A stretch of DNA of 64,000 bases, taken from positions 182,466,001-182,530,000 of the forward strand of contig NC_042997.1 of NCBI RefSeq assembly GCF_006345805.1, written 5' to 3'. Position numbers and translations under genes: made by a program. The DNA is from Octopus sinensis (Eukaryota). Under the pieces are notes generated by a model. It was not told the origin of the DNA. It worked only from the letters and a program-made list of their open reading frames with translations, and made no database searches. Of the stretch, positions 39,480 to 52,131 are shown one piece after another (position 1 is the stretch's first letter; each line of letters opens with the position of its first letter).

Positions 39480-39921
39480 TCTCCCATCTTGCAGCCTGTG
39501 TAAGGATGGATGACTTTGCATTGGGTTTATCCATATTCAATCACCCTAATGCCATCATGCCCCACCCTTACCACTAACCATCAGTTTGTCTCCCTCATTT
39601 CACCCTCTCCTATCATACATTACTGCTATCACTCTCATATCATCCCCAACCCTCTTTTACCATCTTTATTGTTATCCACCACTCTTCTTACCATTAACTC
39701 TTTATTGTTATCCATTATGCTCCTCTTCCACTCTCTCATTTTCAATTCTCTCTGTCTCCTGTCTCCCTCATATTTCTCTCTCTCACCCGGATTATGCCAC
39801 CCATGATAGTGTTTCTAATCAACCTGTAGTGTCCCTCTCTCTTCTGATTCTCATGTTATTCACTCTCCTTTCAACTTCTTGCTCTAACTTTCATTAATCC
39901 TTCGCTCATCTTACCAATAAC

Positions 39922-39960
<39 letters not shown>
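39480..39960. repeat. Pyrimidine-rich low-complexity tract ending in (CT)n
   Basis: Strong C/T strand bias; ORFs 39510 and 39586 are compositional artefacts. Confidence 0.7.
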
Positions 39961-39962
<2 letters not shown>

Positions 39963-40724
39963 CCCCACACATCTTCCAGTGGTGACTCTCTTCCTATCCA
40001 GCTGTGTGGGAAACAAAAGAATGAACAAAGACAACACAGGGAAGAGAAGACTCTAAGTTTATTAGGAGCAGAACAATTTTCTCTGGTACTATAGATAATG
40101 TGGAGTAATAAGGACTCTTTAAACTTACTGCACTCAATACACTTTGTAAAGGGGTTTATAATAGGAAAGGCATCCAGCCATAGAAAGTATACCAAATGTT
40201 GACTATGTAACGTGACTTTTTAGCAAACAACACTTCATTGAATTTTTTTCTGAAATGACTTTTTATCAAACCTCAAAATAACTTTCCATACATTAGTTTT
40301 GTAAAATAATTTTAAATATAGAACATAGTTATTTACACATAATAAATGCTGCAGATGACAGATATTTTTAAAAATATGTTATTTTGTAAAATAATACACA
40401 TACATCACACACATCTACTTTTATAATATAACTAGATCAATTTAACATCCTATACAAATTTTAAAGTTGATTAAATGTTTTTTAATTATATTTTCACATG
40501 AAGATTCTATTTTTATTTTATAATAAGATTTATTCTGCATGAAAATTGCTGTGACATGTAACACTTATTTTATATTAAAGAGTATTCTATATTTAAAATT
40601 GTCCAGTGGATAAAACTATTCGCCAAGATAATTATATACAAAACTAATGTATGTAAAGTAATTTTTTAAATTAAATTTTTGAATGAAATTCTTTTTTTTG
40701 ATTTTATAGTAGAAATTATTCCAT

Positions 40725-40865
40725 ACAGTTTCTGTCTACACACAAACAAAGCATTTGTCAGTTCAGGACTGTGGTAGAAGAGAAGACTCTTATCCAAGGT
40801 ACCATGCAGTGGGACTGAACTTAATTGAGAACTAAATTTCTCAACTACATAGCAATGGTTGTGCC
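40725..40865 (-). mobile_element. Degenerate tRNA-derived SINE (5' part)
   Basis: Reverse complement of the 49.85-kb SINE head and body. Confidence 0.55.
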
Positions 40866-41018
40866 TATATATATATATATATATATACACATACATACAC
40901 ACACACAAGTAAGCACATGAATGCAAAACATGGTGGAAAAAGTATGATCACAACTGTCCGACAAACAGTAATATGAAACTGAATAACTATTTGTGAAGAT
41001 ATTTTTGGCTTTAATAAA

Positions 41019-41090
<72 letters not shown>

Positions 41091-41184
41091 TACACACATA
41101 TTCTGACTTTAGTATTTACTATAGTCAGCGAGTTGGCAACATCATTACTGTGCCAGAAAAAAATGCTCTGCGGCATTTCTTCCA

Positions 41185-41315
41185 ACCTTATGTTCTGGGT
41201 TCAAATCCTGCTATGGTTAATAAAATATGTCACGCCAAATGTTCAACTGAGTTTGACATAATCAACTTACTCTCACTCTTGAAATTGCTGGCCTTGTGAC
41301 AAAATTTAAAACCGG
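41185..41315 (-). mobile_element. SINE-like repeat, same family as 1215-1345, preceded by a B-box-like GGTTCAAATCC on the plus strand
   Basis: Alignment by eye to 1215-1290. Confidence 0.5.
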
Positions 41316-42259
41316 TGTTTACTATAGTTATGATAGATGCTGTAGAGAAAGAAATAAACTTGTCATGAGCTGATTCTACTGGCTAATTTTCATTCCCATT
41401 TCATTCTTTCATAACTCATGAAAAATGTATTATGGACATTACAAAATATCAATGGTTTACTCTTCAGACTAAGAAAGAAGTGTAATTTTTTAAATTTCAT
41501 TTTTTTTTTTATCTCAATAAGTGCAAAGAAAAATAGTTGAAATGTAAATTGAAAAATAAAGTTCTGAGATCAAATGTTTGCTAGCTACCTTCCTGTAATC
41601 ACTATAAAATTATTACCCATACTTTGATTTCTGACTGTGTGTGTCAGGCTGGGTATGGCAAATTGTTTTTAGCGATCACTGGCTGATATTTTGTTTCTAA
41701 AGATTTTATTATAAATTTTACATCTGCTACAGTTTATCTCATATATGTGTACATTTGTGTGTGTGTGCTTTTGCACTGGTTTTGTACCAATGTCATCTTC
41801 ACCTGCTCTATTAATTTTAATCCCTTAGATTTCTCAATTATAATAGACAAACTGATTACAACGAATCTGAAAATTCTGTTAGCAGAGTAGCAATTTATTT
41901 CTCTCCTGAGGGCTTTGGAATCTTTACAATGTCATTTCAGGGCACAGCTGTCTTATAATCTTTTAGTTTATAACACATTAATTGGCTTAATTGTAGATAT
42001 CATCTTTATTTTTAACTCTCTACAAGGGGGAAAAAAATTAAGACTTTTTCTCCAAGTTTAGGGGTAATACTTAACCCTGTCAATATTTATTGAGCCATGA
42101 TTCAGTCTTCTGTTCAAAGTGGAGTTTATACCTAATGATGGCTAGTATTTTGAAAACATTAAAGCTTATTTCATAGATCTAAAAGTGATGTAGTATAGAA
42201 TTAGCAGGCTGCATGGCATCTTCATTTGTGCTGGTAGCACAAAAATAACACACATTATA

Positions 42260-42415
42260 TGTTGTAAAGTGGTTGGTATTAGAAAGAGCATCCAACCATA
42301 GAAATCATGCCGAAGTGGACAGTAGAGTATAATGCAGTGTTTAGACCCATCTGATCCTGCCAAATGATCCAGTCCATACCTGTATGGAACATGGACTTAA
42401 ATGATGGTGGTGATG
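42260..42415 (+). mobile_element. Old RTE 3'-end fragment
   Basis: GTGGTTGGTATTAGAAAGAGCATCCAACC…(GAT/GGT)n tail; CpGs decayed. Confidence 0.6.
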
Positions 42416-44559
42416 ATTTTTTTTGCTACACTTTAATGCTTTAATGAGATGATCTGGTCTGGTTAAGCATAGATAGCTCATCATGGAAGCAACTTTTACT
42501 AGCCTCACATCAATTTTCAATAAGCGGGGAAAAAAATCTGGAATCTGGTAACTGTTTTACCTTTACTTAGAATTACCTCATGCAAAGCCTATCAACCATT
42601 TCTAGGATGTTCTGCATCAGCAACATCTAGACTATTGGATCATGTAATGAGGAGTTTCAGTATGAATGCCAGAGGAAAAATGAATCTGTTTCAGACTCTT
42701 ACTTTTGTCTTAGAGAGGTCGGAGAAATGGTGGTACTGTCATTTTTGTTTAGGTCAGTGAATTTACTTGCCTACATACACCCAAAGTGATAGCACCACTT
42801 TTTCTTTAGTCTCAACCACTTCTATTTACAAAGATACATCAATATATGAGTCGTTTTTGTTTTCTTTTCACCTATACATTGGCTTAGTTATGAATTCTAC
42901 TTTAAAATAAAAATGCCTCACTTCATTACAGCTCACCTCTGCCCATGTTAGTCATCTTTGACAGTAGAACTTCCTTTTTTTGTGCAACTTTTGTCTGTTG
43001 TCTCCAAATTTCAGTGTGTACTGACTGTTACTGCAGTACCATTACCATTCATTTTTTGTTTTTACATCCATTTTCCAATCTACCTTTTCCAAAGGATCTC
43101 TGTCTCCAATACTTCCTTTTATGTATCTAGCTCTTAACCTCTTTCACTGTCATGACAAATCATTTTGCAAAGAATACATTCTTCTTTTCTAAATTTATTT
43201 TTGTTATACAGAAAGTTTGCTAGTTGGTCTCTTTAGGATTCATATGACCTACCTACTGCCAAATAATCAGCATCATGAAAGTCTAGTACCCTCACTCCTT
43301 TGTTTCCTGTTCCATGTCCATAAACTCTTCACATGATATTCTTAATCATTTGACTTCCCATAAATTTTCCATAGTATATATAATAATGTCATTGTCATCC
43401 AGCTATAGAATGATTTTGAGAATGAGTCACAAAATAAGTCTTTTGTTTCATTTGCTACTCCTCTCCATCCAGCTTTCATATGACTGTCAATAAGTAGCCC
43501 AAACAGTCAAATTCTGTCATTAAAGTGTTCCCATTTGTTTTTGTATACATCTCTATCTAAGAGTAAACAAGAAACTTTATGTCAAAAAAAGAGTTTACAA
43601 ATTAAGTATTTTTAAGTTAAAACCCATACCAGTACTTCAGTAATTTTAACATGTAACTGATGGATTATGAAAAGACCTTACAAGAGATTAAACTGGTGAA
43701 TTATATGCACAGACAGCAATGAAACAGGCGGCTAAGACATTTTTTTCTGCATAGTTACATGAAGCATTGAGGAAGGAAACAATTTTGTCTGACACAGATT
43801 ATCTTGAAAAACGTTGAAAAAATGTTAAAATATGGAATACTTCAAAATAGGAGTGATTATCTTCTGAAGTGTTGTGTGTAAGGAGAGGGGGGTGTTTCAG
43901 TGTTTTTATTTTTTTTTTAAATCACTTTTTGCTGTTTGTTAATAAAGTTATATGATCGTTTATTTCATTAGTTTTGGTAAAGGTCTTAGTGTTTGCTATA
44001 AACATTTTTATGCTTCATAAACTATTTAAGAAATGAGTCAAGTATTCCAAAACATTTCATTTCAATTCAAATTATTGTCATCTAATGAGTAAGGATCTTC
44101 ATACATTTAATTTAAAATATATCTTCTGAATTCCCATTAGAGCGATTATCTTTTAAAATGTTTCCACATTTTAATTTCTTTTTTAAACTTTTGCTATCCC
44201 TCAATATCTGTAAACAACTTTTAATTTCATTCAAAATATCTAGGACTGATTTTTTTTTCCATCTCTCATCTACCATTTTGAGAGCAATTTTGAAACTTTC
44301 TTTGGTAGGTTTTGAAATGGTGTGGCATGCTTATTATGTTGCCATTTCAGTGAGCACAATAAATATATTGACGTTCAGGATTCACTTTATATAAGTTTTT
44401 TGTTTGTTTCCATTTCGTGCTTACATACATATCCTAGCAGAGATAACTGGCATTGCTCAGGATTAACATGGCATACATTTTATTCTTCTACATGTTTCAG
44501 ACATGTGACTGGCCATGCTGGTCCACAACCTTTAGTCAAACAAATTGACCCTAGGATTT

Positions 44560-44760
44560 CTGCTTTCTAAGCCTAGTACTTATTTTATTGGTGACTTTTG
44601 CCAAACCGCTGACTTATGGGGATGTCAACATACCAACATCAGGTGTTGAGCAATGGTGAGGGTACATACACACACACAACTATACACATATATATGATGG
44701 TCTTCTTTCAGTTTCTATCAAATCCATTCACAAGGATTTGATCAGCTTTAGGCTATAGTA
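44560..44760 (-). mobile_element. tRNA-derived SINE body abutting an RTE derivative
   Basis: Reverse complement of the SINE central region including its internal (CA)n. Confidence 0.6.
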
Positions 44761-44771
44761 AATATATATAT

Positions 44772-45693
44772 ATCATCATCGTTTAACGTCCGCTTTCCAT
44801 GCTAGCATGGGTTGGACGATTTGACTGAGGACTGGTGAACCAGATGGCTGCAGCAGGCTTCAATCTTGATCTGGCAGAGTTTCTACAGCTGGATGCCAAC
44901 CACTCCAAGAGTGTAGTGGGTGCATTTTTCATGCCACCAGCACAAGGCCTGTCAGGCGGTACTGACAATGACCTCACTCGAATCTTTTACACATGCCACC
45001 GGCACAGGTGCCAGTAAGACGATGCTGGTAACGATCATGCTTGAATGGTGCCTTTTACGTGCCTCTGGCACAGAGGCCAGATAGCTGCTCTGGTAACGAT
45101 CACACTCGAATGGTGCCTTTTATGTGCCACTGGCACAGAAGCCAGTTAGCACTCGTATGGTGCTCTTTACACCCTGCTAGCACAGATGCGAGTCATCGAA
45201 TTTGATTTTGATTTCACTTGCCTCAACAGGTCTTCGCAAGCAGAGTTTTAGTGTCCAAAGAAGGAAAAGGTATGCATAAGTGGGCTGGTTATGCCCCTGA
45301 CATAGGCCATGAGGTTATGGTCTCATTTGGCTTGCTGGGTCTTCTCAAGCACAGCATATTTCCTTGCAGCCTCGTTTGGTGCAAGTGAACCATCAATCAT
45401 GCAGACACGTTTCTCTTGTACAACATCACGATTCTCTCTCACACACTTTCTTGCAACATGAAATACCTCAAGTCTTTGGTCCGCACGGCACAGAACATTA
45501 GCAAATTTTTTCTTATCTGCTTTCCCTCTGGCTAAATAAATCTGTCTCCTAGCTTCTCTTCTGGCAGTCTGATACGATTCCCTGCTACCACCATTCTTCC
45601 AGTCTTTCCAAGCCTATCTCTTTTCTCTAATAGCCCTGTCTACAACATTGTTCCACCACCATGTTATTTTGGGTCGAGAGGGGACTTTGCACC
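44772..45693 (-). mobile_element. Internally deleted RTE derivative
   Basis: 3' end plus UTR subunits (44772-45360) joined directly to mid-ORF2 sequence (45362-45693, WCKVPSRPKITWWWNN). Confidence 0.85.
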
Positions 45694-45742
45694 ATATATG
45701 TGTGTGTGTGTGTGTATGTATGTGTGTGTGTGTGTGTGTGTG

Positions 45743-45779
<37 letters not shown>

Positions 45780-45799
45780 GATAGACACATACACATAAA

Positions 45800-46297
45800 A
45801 CTACAGGTTTGGTAAAGAAAAGGTGATCATGTACCTACCTTGATGCTGTTGTGATTACAAACAGACAGAGAATTTTATATATATAGATTAAGCATGTGTA
45901 TTAAATGTTAATTTAAGGGTTAATATGTAACTGTAAATATCTTGCAATGTTGTAACTGCCATTATTAACTGGTAATTGAACAGTAAATGTGTAAAATAAA
46001 ATGATCTTAGTCTTACCACATTAGAATTAAAAGTGAAAGAATAAAAGTGAAACAATATTATATCACATTACAATATAGATGTTATTGTTTCACTTTTGGC
46101 ACATAATACATAACCAGTCTAAGAGATTGCTCCAGACCTGCATTAGGCCAGAAGTTGAAAATCTTTTTGGCCCATGACACTCCATGGACCCTAAGTAATG
46201 CATGTGTAAAATTTGAATGAAATCAGTCAGGTAGTTCTTGAATTTTAGTGATTCACACATACAGACCGACACACATTCTCAGTTTTATATATATAGA
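45800..46297 (-). mobile_element. Two Helitron-like non-autonomous 5' ends
   Basis: A|TCTATATATATAAAA starts at 46297 and 45887, followed by GTCTGT-type repeats and (first copy) ACTACCTGACTGATTTCATTCAAATTTTAC, as in Lep1-type non-autonomous Helitron 5' ends; no clear CTAG 3' end. Confidence 0.5.
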
Positions 46298-47010
46298 TAT
46301 ATACATGCATGCACACACATACCCATTTTTATATTCAGATGACAATTATTTCTGCTTCATCTACTCCATATTAGAAAATGCTATAAAATAAAGAAAACTG
46401 GTATGTTAATTTCATTCCTTTCAGGAAGTACATTATTCATGAAATTACTTTGTGATATTAGCTTAAGTTTCTTTTTACTGTTGTTGTTGCTAATGTCTTG
46501 TTTAGTAGATCAAAATTATCACTGGGTCTTCAATAGACGTATCTTGATATCATTCCAAACTTATTTACAAACCCGGCAATAAAAAATGCCACTGACTATC
46601 TTCAGTAAAGAAATAAAGTGACATGGAAATGCCTCTGTGCAAGATTGCTGTATAAGTTGTGTATAACTGGAACACATAGATCTTATCTCCTTCGAGGCCA
46701 ATATGAGGCTAGTGGAATTTAGTATGTAAAGCATTTAAGGAACTGAAGTCAGGGGTAGTTGCAGGATCTCCGTGTGAGATGCTGAGAGGCTGAATTGAGT
46801 AGGAGTGAGGTAAAAGTCAGGTAATGATGTTGCTAAATGTTGATGACTAATGTAGCTGTATTACTCATTTCTACAGAAACAAAACTAATGCACTTAAGAG
46901 GGAGAAAGGGAACGCTAATGTAACAAGTAATAAAACTGGCAGAAAGAACCTTATCACCATGGTTTTAAACAGAGCACAATTTAGGTTTTAGTCAAAGTTT
47001 GGAAACTTAT

Positions 47011-47072
47011 ATTTTTAGAGAGATGATTCTAAAAGTAATACATTTTTAGAGAGATGATTCTAAAAGTAATAC
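47011..47072. repeat. Perfect 31-bp tandem duplication
   Basis: ATTTTTAGAGAGATGATTCTAAAAGTAATAC x2. Confidence 0.9.
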
Positions 47073-47139
47073 ATTTTAGGGTTTTGCAGTCTAGTAAGAT
47101 AATGAAACCAAAAATGTATGATTTAAAAGTAACCTTCAA

Positions 47140-47595
47140 TCATTGGACATGCTGTGCTTGAGAAGACCTGGTGAATCAAGTGAAATCATTGCCATCTAAC
47201 TGGCACCCATGCTGATGGCATGTAAAATGCACCATTTGAGCGTGGTCGATGCCAGTGTCGCTTGATTGGCTCCTGTGCCAGTGGCATGTTAAAAGCACCA
47301 TTTGATTGTGATCGTTGCCAGTGTCACCTGACTGGCTCCTGTGTTAATGGCACATAAAAAGCACCATTCGAGCGTGGTCATTGCCAGTGTCACCGAACTG
47401 GCCCCTGTGCTAGTAGAACATAAAAAGCACCCACTACGCTCTTGAAGTGGTTGGCATTAGAAAGGGCATCCAGTTGTAGAAACCTTGCCAGAACAGTTTG
47501 GAGCCTGGTGCAGCCTCCTGGCTTCAAACTGTCCAACCCATGCCAGCAATGAAAGCAGATGTTAAAAGATGATGATGATGTTGATGGTGGTGATT
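47140..47595 (+). mobile_element. Older RTE 3' UTR fragment with three ~60-bp subunits
   Basis: GGCAC(A/G)TAAAA.GCACCATT.GAG.GTGG repeats, then GTGGTTGGCATTAGAAAGGGCATCCAG and a (GAT)n tail. Confidence 0.85.
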
Positions 47596-49849
47596 TATGA
47601 CAGCTGCTCAGGTAATGTAAAAAAGGATAAATATATTACATGTACAAATGTAGAAGTTTAAGCATTAGATAGATATCAGCAAAGATGCTGTTCTCATCCA
47701 TCTGTTTTAATTGTTGAAACCATTATTTGAAGGAGACAGCATACATCTTATTAAAAACAATTGTTTATCATTGGGTATCTAGATATATATCTGGATATCA
47801 TTCCAAAACTTATTTACAATCCCTGCAATACAAAATGCCACTATCTCCAGTAAAGAATTAAAGTGGCATGGAAATGCCTCAATGCAAAATTGTGTATAAC
47901 AGGAACAAGTAGATCTTATCTCCTGTGAGGCCAATATGAGGTTAGTTCTGTTTTTTTTTTTTGTTTAGTTGGTGTATGAAATCTTAAAATATAGCTTCTG
48001 CCAAAGGACTTGAAGCTAAACATAACCAAGACAAGTAATTATTTGATAGTTGAAACTCGAGGTGTTTAATATTATTAAGGTACTTGAAATTTTCAAATTA
48101 TTGAAAAAGAATCAGGATAAACTTATTTAGAGTCAGATCAATGGGTGCATATATTTTAAGGCAGTAACTCACATGTTTTGATCATGTGACCATTTATGTC
48201 ACCAAATAGGACTAACATTCATGAGCTTTTCTGGAAGAATGTTGAGGAACAGTAATGTATTGTTCTAGAGAAGGAATAGGCACCTTCCTGTCTTTTGGTG
48301 ATATATATCAGATGTATGGCTGTTGATGTGTCCAATGTGAAAAGAGGACCTGCAGGACCCGAAATTAAAAAAGCGGGTAAAACCTGTTAGAGAGGCAACA
48401 ATTGCTTGGCAGACTAATATAAGTGAAACAGTTATTAGAAATATTAGTGTGCACAAAAACGGTTATTGCAAGTTCTAAATGATGGGCTATGCAATTGGTG
48501 ATGTTCTATGTAAAAAGATGGGACCTAGTTAAAGACTAGATATGATGACAGGACCCCATAGAAGAGGTTGGATCAATTAGTTTAAATCAGGTTTTAATTA
48601 AGTGGCCTCGCTGATGATATCACACAATCTCACAGTGTATTTTTGTGAAAACAAACTATACCAGTGTAGAAAAACAACTGTCGAAGTAATGTTTGTGTTG
48701 ATCCTTGTTTAAGTAGTTTTTATTTGAGCCCTACTCATTTACCTCAAATATTATTGAGTGAAAGAGGAACTTCTATGAAAGTCCAGATACCTTTAAAGGC
48801 GTAAAGTGCTCATATTTTATAAATGGAATAATTAATAATAGTAATGATAATTGCAATAACTTTTTACATTCTTATAATGAATTTGAACTCAAGATGCAGA
48901 GGGAAGGAACTAAATACACCAAGCCATTCAACCCAATGCTCTGCCATCCACTACCAATAATTTCTTAAATTATCTGTGTCACAAATTTGTGACACTGTAC
49001 TTCATTTATCAATCCTGAAAGATGAAATGAAAAGTTGACCATATCTGGTTTTGAACTAAGGGTAGGACTTCTTAGTACTGAAAGGTATTTATTCTGGTGC
49101 CCTATCATTTCTGCCACTCTACTAGTTTAATTATTTATAGAGTGAATGTATATTTTTATAGTAGTGGATGGCAGCACACAGTGAGAAGTAAATCCATTGG
49201 TAATTGAAATAGGCTGCAGTTTCCATTGACTGGAAAGAAATTATCTTACTATTTGATCAATTTAAAAAAAAATTAGCTTTAATCCTATTTCTAAGAGAAT
49301 CATATTGCCAAAAGTACTTACATTTTTATGTACAGCAAGAAAACACCCCAAAGCTTGTTCTAACTACCTTTAAAAGATTGCATCCAGATCACATTTTAGT
49401 ATTTTCTCTTGGAGTCTTTCCTCAGTTGCTACTAGTGTAATTTATTAACAAAAGATGACTACACTACAGCATTAATAGAAATTTATGGCAACTCTACAAC
49501 TAGAAACATTAAGTAATAAATAAGACTGAACTCAGCTGTTCCTTTCATTTTACTATCTGCTTCTCTGTTATATTTCTTTCCTCTGGAAATTAAGATAATT
49601 ATGAAGCATTGAACTTTTTGTAAGATACAGATATTAATGAGGCTTAGTAACTAAATAATTTATGAAATAAACAAGTTATAGAAAATTATTTTAATTTTAG
49701 ATATTATTATCTCACAATTCAAACTGCATCCATACATCTTGTAGTCTAAATTGAACTGACTATTGCTCAGAAACTGGTATAAAAAAATATAAATAAAAAT
49801 GTTTGTTGTGATATATTCAATATAACTGGAATAGTTATTGATAATTTTT

Positions 49850-50003
49850 TCAACTTGTGTGGTAAGTAGCTTGCTTACCAACCACATGGTTCTGGGTTCA
49901 ATCACATTGTGTGGCACCTTAGGCAAGTGTCTTCTACTGTAGCCTCGCGCCAACTAAAACCTTGTGAGTGGATTTGGTAGACAGAAACTGAAAGAAGCCT
50001 GTC

Positions 50004-50046
<43 letters not shown>

Positions 50047-50230
50047 GTGTGTGTTTGTCCCCCCAACATCACTTGACAACCAATGCTGGTGTGTTAACGT
50101 CCCTGTCACTTAGCGGTTCGGCAAGAGAGACCGATAGAAGAAGTAAATCCTGAGGTCTATTTGCTCAATTGAAGGTGGTGCCCCAGCATGTTTCAGTCAA
50201 ATGACTGAAACAAATAAAAGAATAAAAGAA
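49850..50230 (+). mobile_element. tRNA-derived SINE, near full length, with an internal (TA)n(TG)n tract
   Basis: A-box-like TGGTAAGTAGC, B-box-like GGTTCAATC, GGCACCTTAGGCAAGTG, 3' GGTGGTGCCCCAGCATG…CAGTCAAATGACTGAAAC and (AATAAAAG)n tail. Confidence 0.85.
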
Positions 50231-52038
50231 TTACAAAAACTGACTGGCAATTTAAACAAGTTCTAATCTCACACGAAGACAGTAATAATGATGGAGCATG
50301 TAGAAAGTATATACCATATAGTATTGAAACCTTGACTGAAAATGATGTCACAATCTACCAAGAATTAAAATGTGCATGAATTAGAGGATGCATGATCTAA
50401 ACAGATGCAATTTAGGTCAGCTAAAACAGCTGGTCACAATTTAAAGATCCTAATCGTTAAAAAAAAAAAGACCTTGATGTAAAACTCTCTATATTGGCTT
50501 ATAAATCTTTAAAATGTATAAAAATATATTGCTAATTTGGAGAAAAAATAAAGGAAATTGGAATTATTGTATTTATTGATTAGTAACCTGTGTAGACAAC
50601 TTAAAGCTTTTCATTAAAAGTTATTGGAATGTAGTTTCCAGCTCTTGGCATCCTTACACTTGCCAAATTAGATAGACTTTAAATGTAGTAAATTCTGGTT
50701 TTAACTAAAATTCATCATTATTTTATGATAATAGTATTGCACAAGATGTTGCAATTTCATTCTCAAAATTTGTTTTTATGTAAAATACAGTTGCTTTCTC
50801 AACCATCTTTTTTATTACCCTATTCATTGAATGCTTAACCTATAAAGTTGCTCATCAACAATTGACTTATACACATCTTTTGGACATAAGGAATGTGACT
50901 GGTCTGCTTATTTAATTTTATTATAGTGGTTGTTACCAAAAAGAGACAATCTACTTTTATCTTTCTGGATAATGTCAGTCTGATATATTATAACGGTTTG
51001 TATCTAATTAGTGGTTTGCTTAATAATTTTCTGAATTGATTTTAAATTGTCCAAATATATCACCATTACTATCATCATGTTCATTCTTTCATAGATCATG
51101 CCAAAAGCTGAAAGCATCTTCAGTATTTTTATTAAATTTTGCAATACATATTTGCCTGACACATTCATCCATTTTCCTTATATGCCTCTTGTATGCAACA
51201 ACCAGTTCAGATATTTACGATATACTGATTTTGCGGCATATACTTTCACTCAAATACCACTTCCTCTACATATCTATCTAGATGGTTAACATACTCATTT
51301 AATACTTGTAACTTTTGCTTGCCTTTTCTGTTACTGCAAGTATAACATTTCCTAACATGCAGCAACAGATTTTTCATGTAAACATTATATAAGTTTACTT
51401 TCAATAGAGATATATTTGTTAACTGACGTAGTTTCCTAAACAATTTTCACCCATACTATGCTCTTAAGACCACTAAAGTTTCAGAATTTGGCCTCCGTCC
51501 CCAGTCAGCTGACTAAAATCACTCTCAATTTTAGTATCACCTATATAAGTGTACAATTAATCTTGAGCCTAATTATGATCTTTTAAGCACTGATCCAGAA
51601 TTAAGTTTATCATTGCTATCTGGATAATATAAATTGTAGAAGCCAATAAAAAGATTTTCCATGTCAACAAATATGAGTTAAAATTAGATTCCTTTATTTT
51701 AGACATCTCTTTACTAAACTCCCCAGAAATATAGTAACTGTTTACAAAGTGTTGACACGAATGCAAATTATGTTTTTGTATGACTCTATGCCACCACAAT
51801 TATTTGCTCAGTTAGTTTAACCCTTTTGATCCTAACTTACCTGAGAGCACCCCAGGTTCTATAATACAAACTTTGTTTAAAGTGATCTGAATCAAAAATT
51901 TCTATCAAAATTTCATATTGCGTGTTGTGTTTTAAACACCATTTTAATAATGGAAAAGTTGTTTTATTAAATTCCTATATTTCAACTGAAAATTGGTAAC
52001 ATGTTTTATTTTTAGTTAACCATCTTTAATTATTTCAG

Positions 52039-52131
52039 TAATAAATGATGTTGTGCAAGATTTCATCTATTCTCTGATCATTGGCCAATTCTTTGTTCTT
52101 TTATATCCTTCAATATGTATCTCAAAAAATT
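52039..52131 (+). CDS. Candidate exon 2 of the plus-strand gene (VINDVVQDFIYSLIIGQFFVLLYPSICISKN)
   Basis: ttaac…tatttcag acceptor, |gtaagt donor, 93 nt, phase 1 to 1, open in the frame set by exon 6774-6798. Splice-site logic only. Confidence 0.25.

Larger units (their letters stand above)
46516..47945. repeat. Dispersed ~190-bp direct duplication (46516-46712 and 47765-47945)
   Basis: Shared GATATCATTCCAAA.CTTATTTACAA…CAGTAAAGAA.TAAAGTG.CATGGAAATGCCTC…AGATCTTATCTCC…GAGGCCAATATGAGG.TAG. Confidence 0.85.

Noticed and set aside
46640-46712. Faint likeness of the minus strand (GGCCT…TAAGATC.ATGTGT) to the U2 snRNA 5' end
   Set aside because: U2 stem I and the branch-recognition GUAGUA are absent and nothing downstream matches.
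48312-48376. Exon-like stretch MAVDVSNVKRGPAGPEIKKA
   Set aside because: The acceptor gives a stop in the frame set by exon 1, the donor is weak, and there is no supporting neighbour.
49850-49920. tRNA-like heads with A/B boxes (also 55522, ~54910, ~9040)
   Set aside because: No cloverleaf or anticodon arm; they continue into SINE body sequence.
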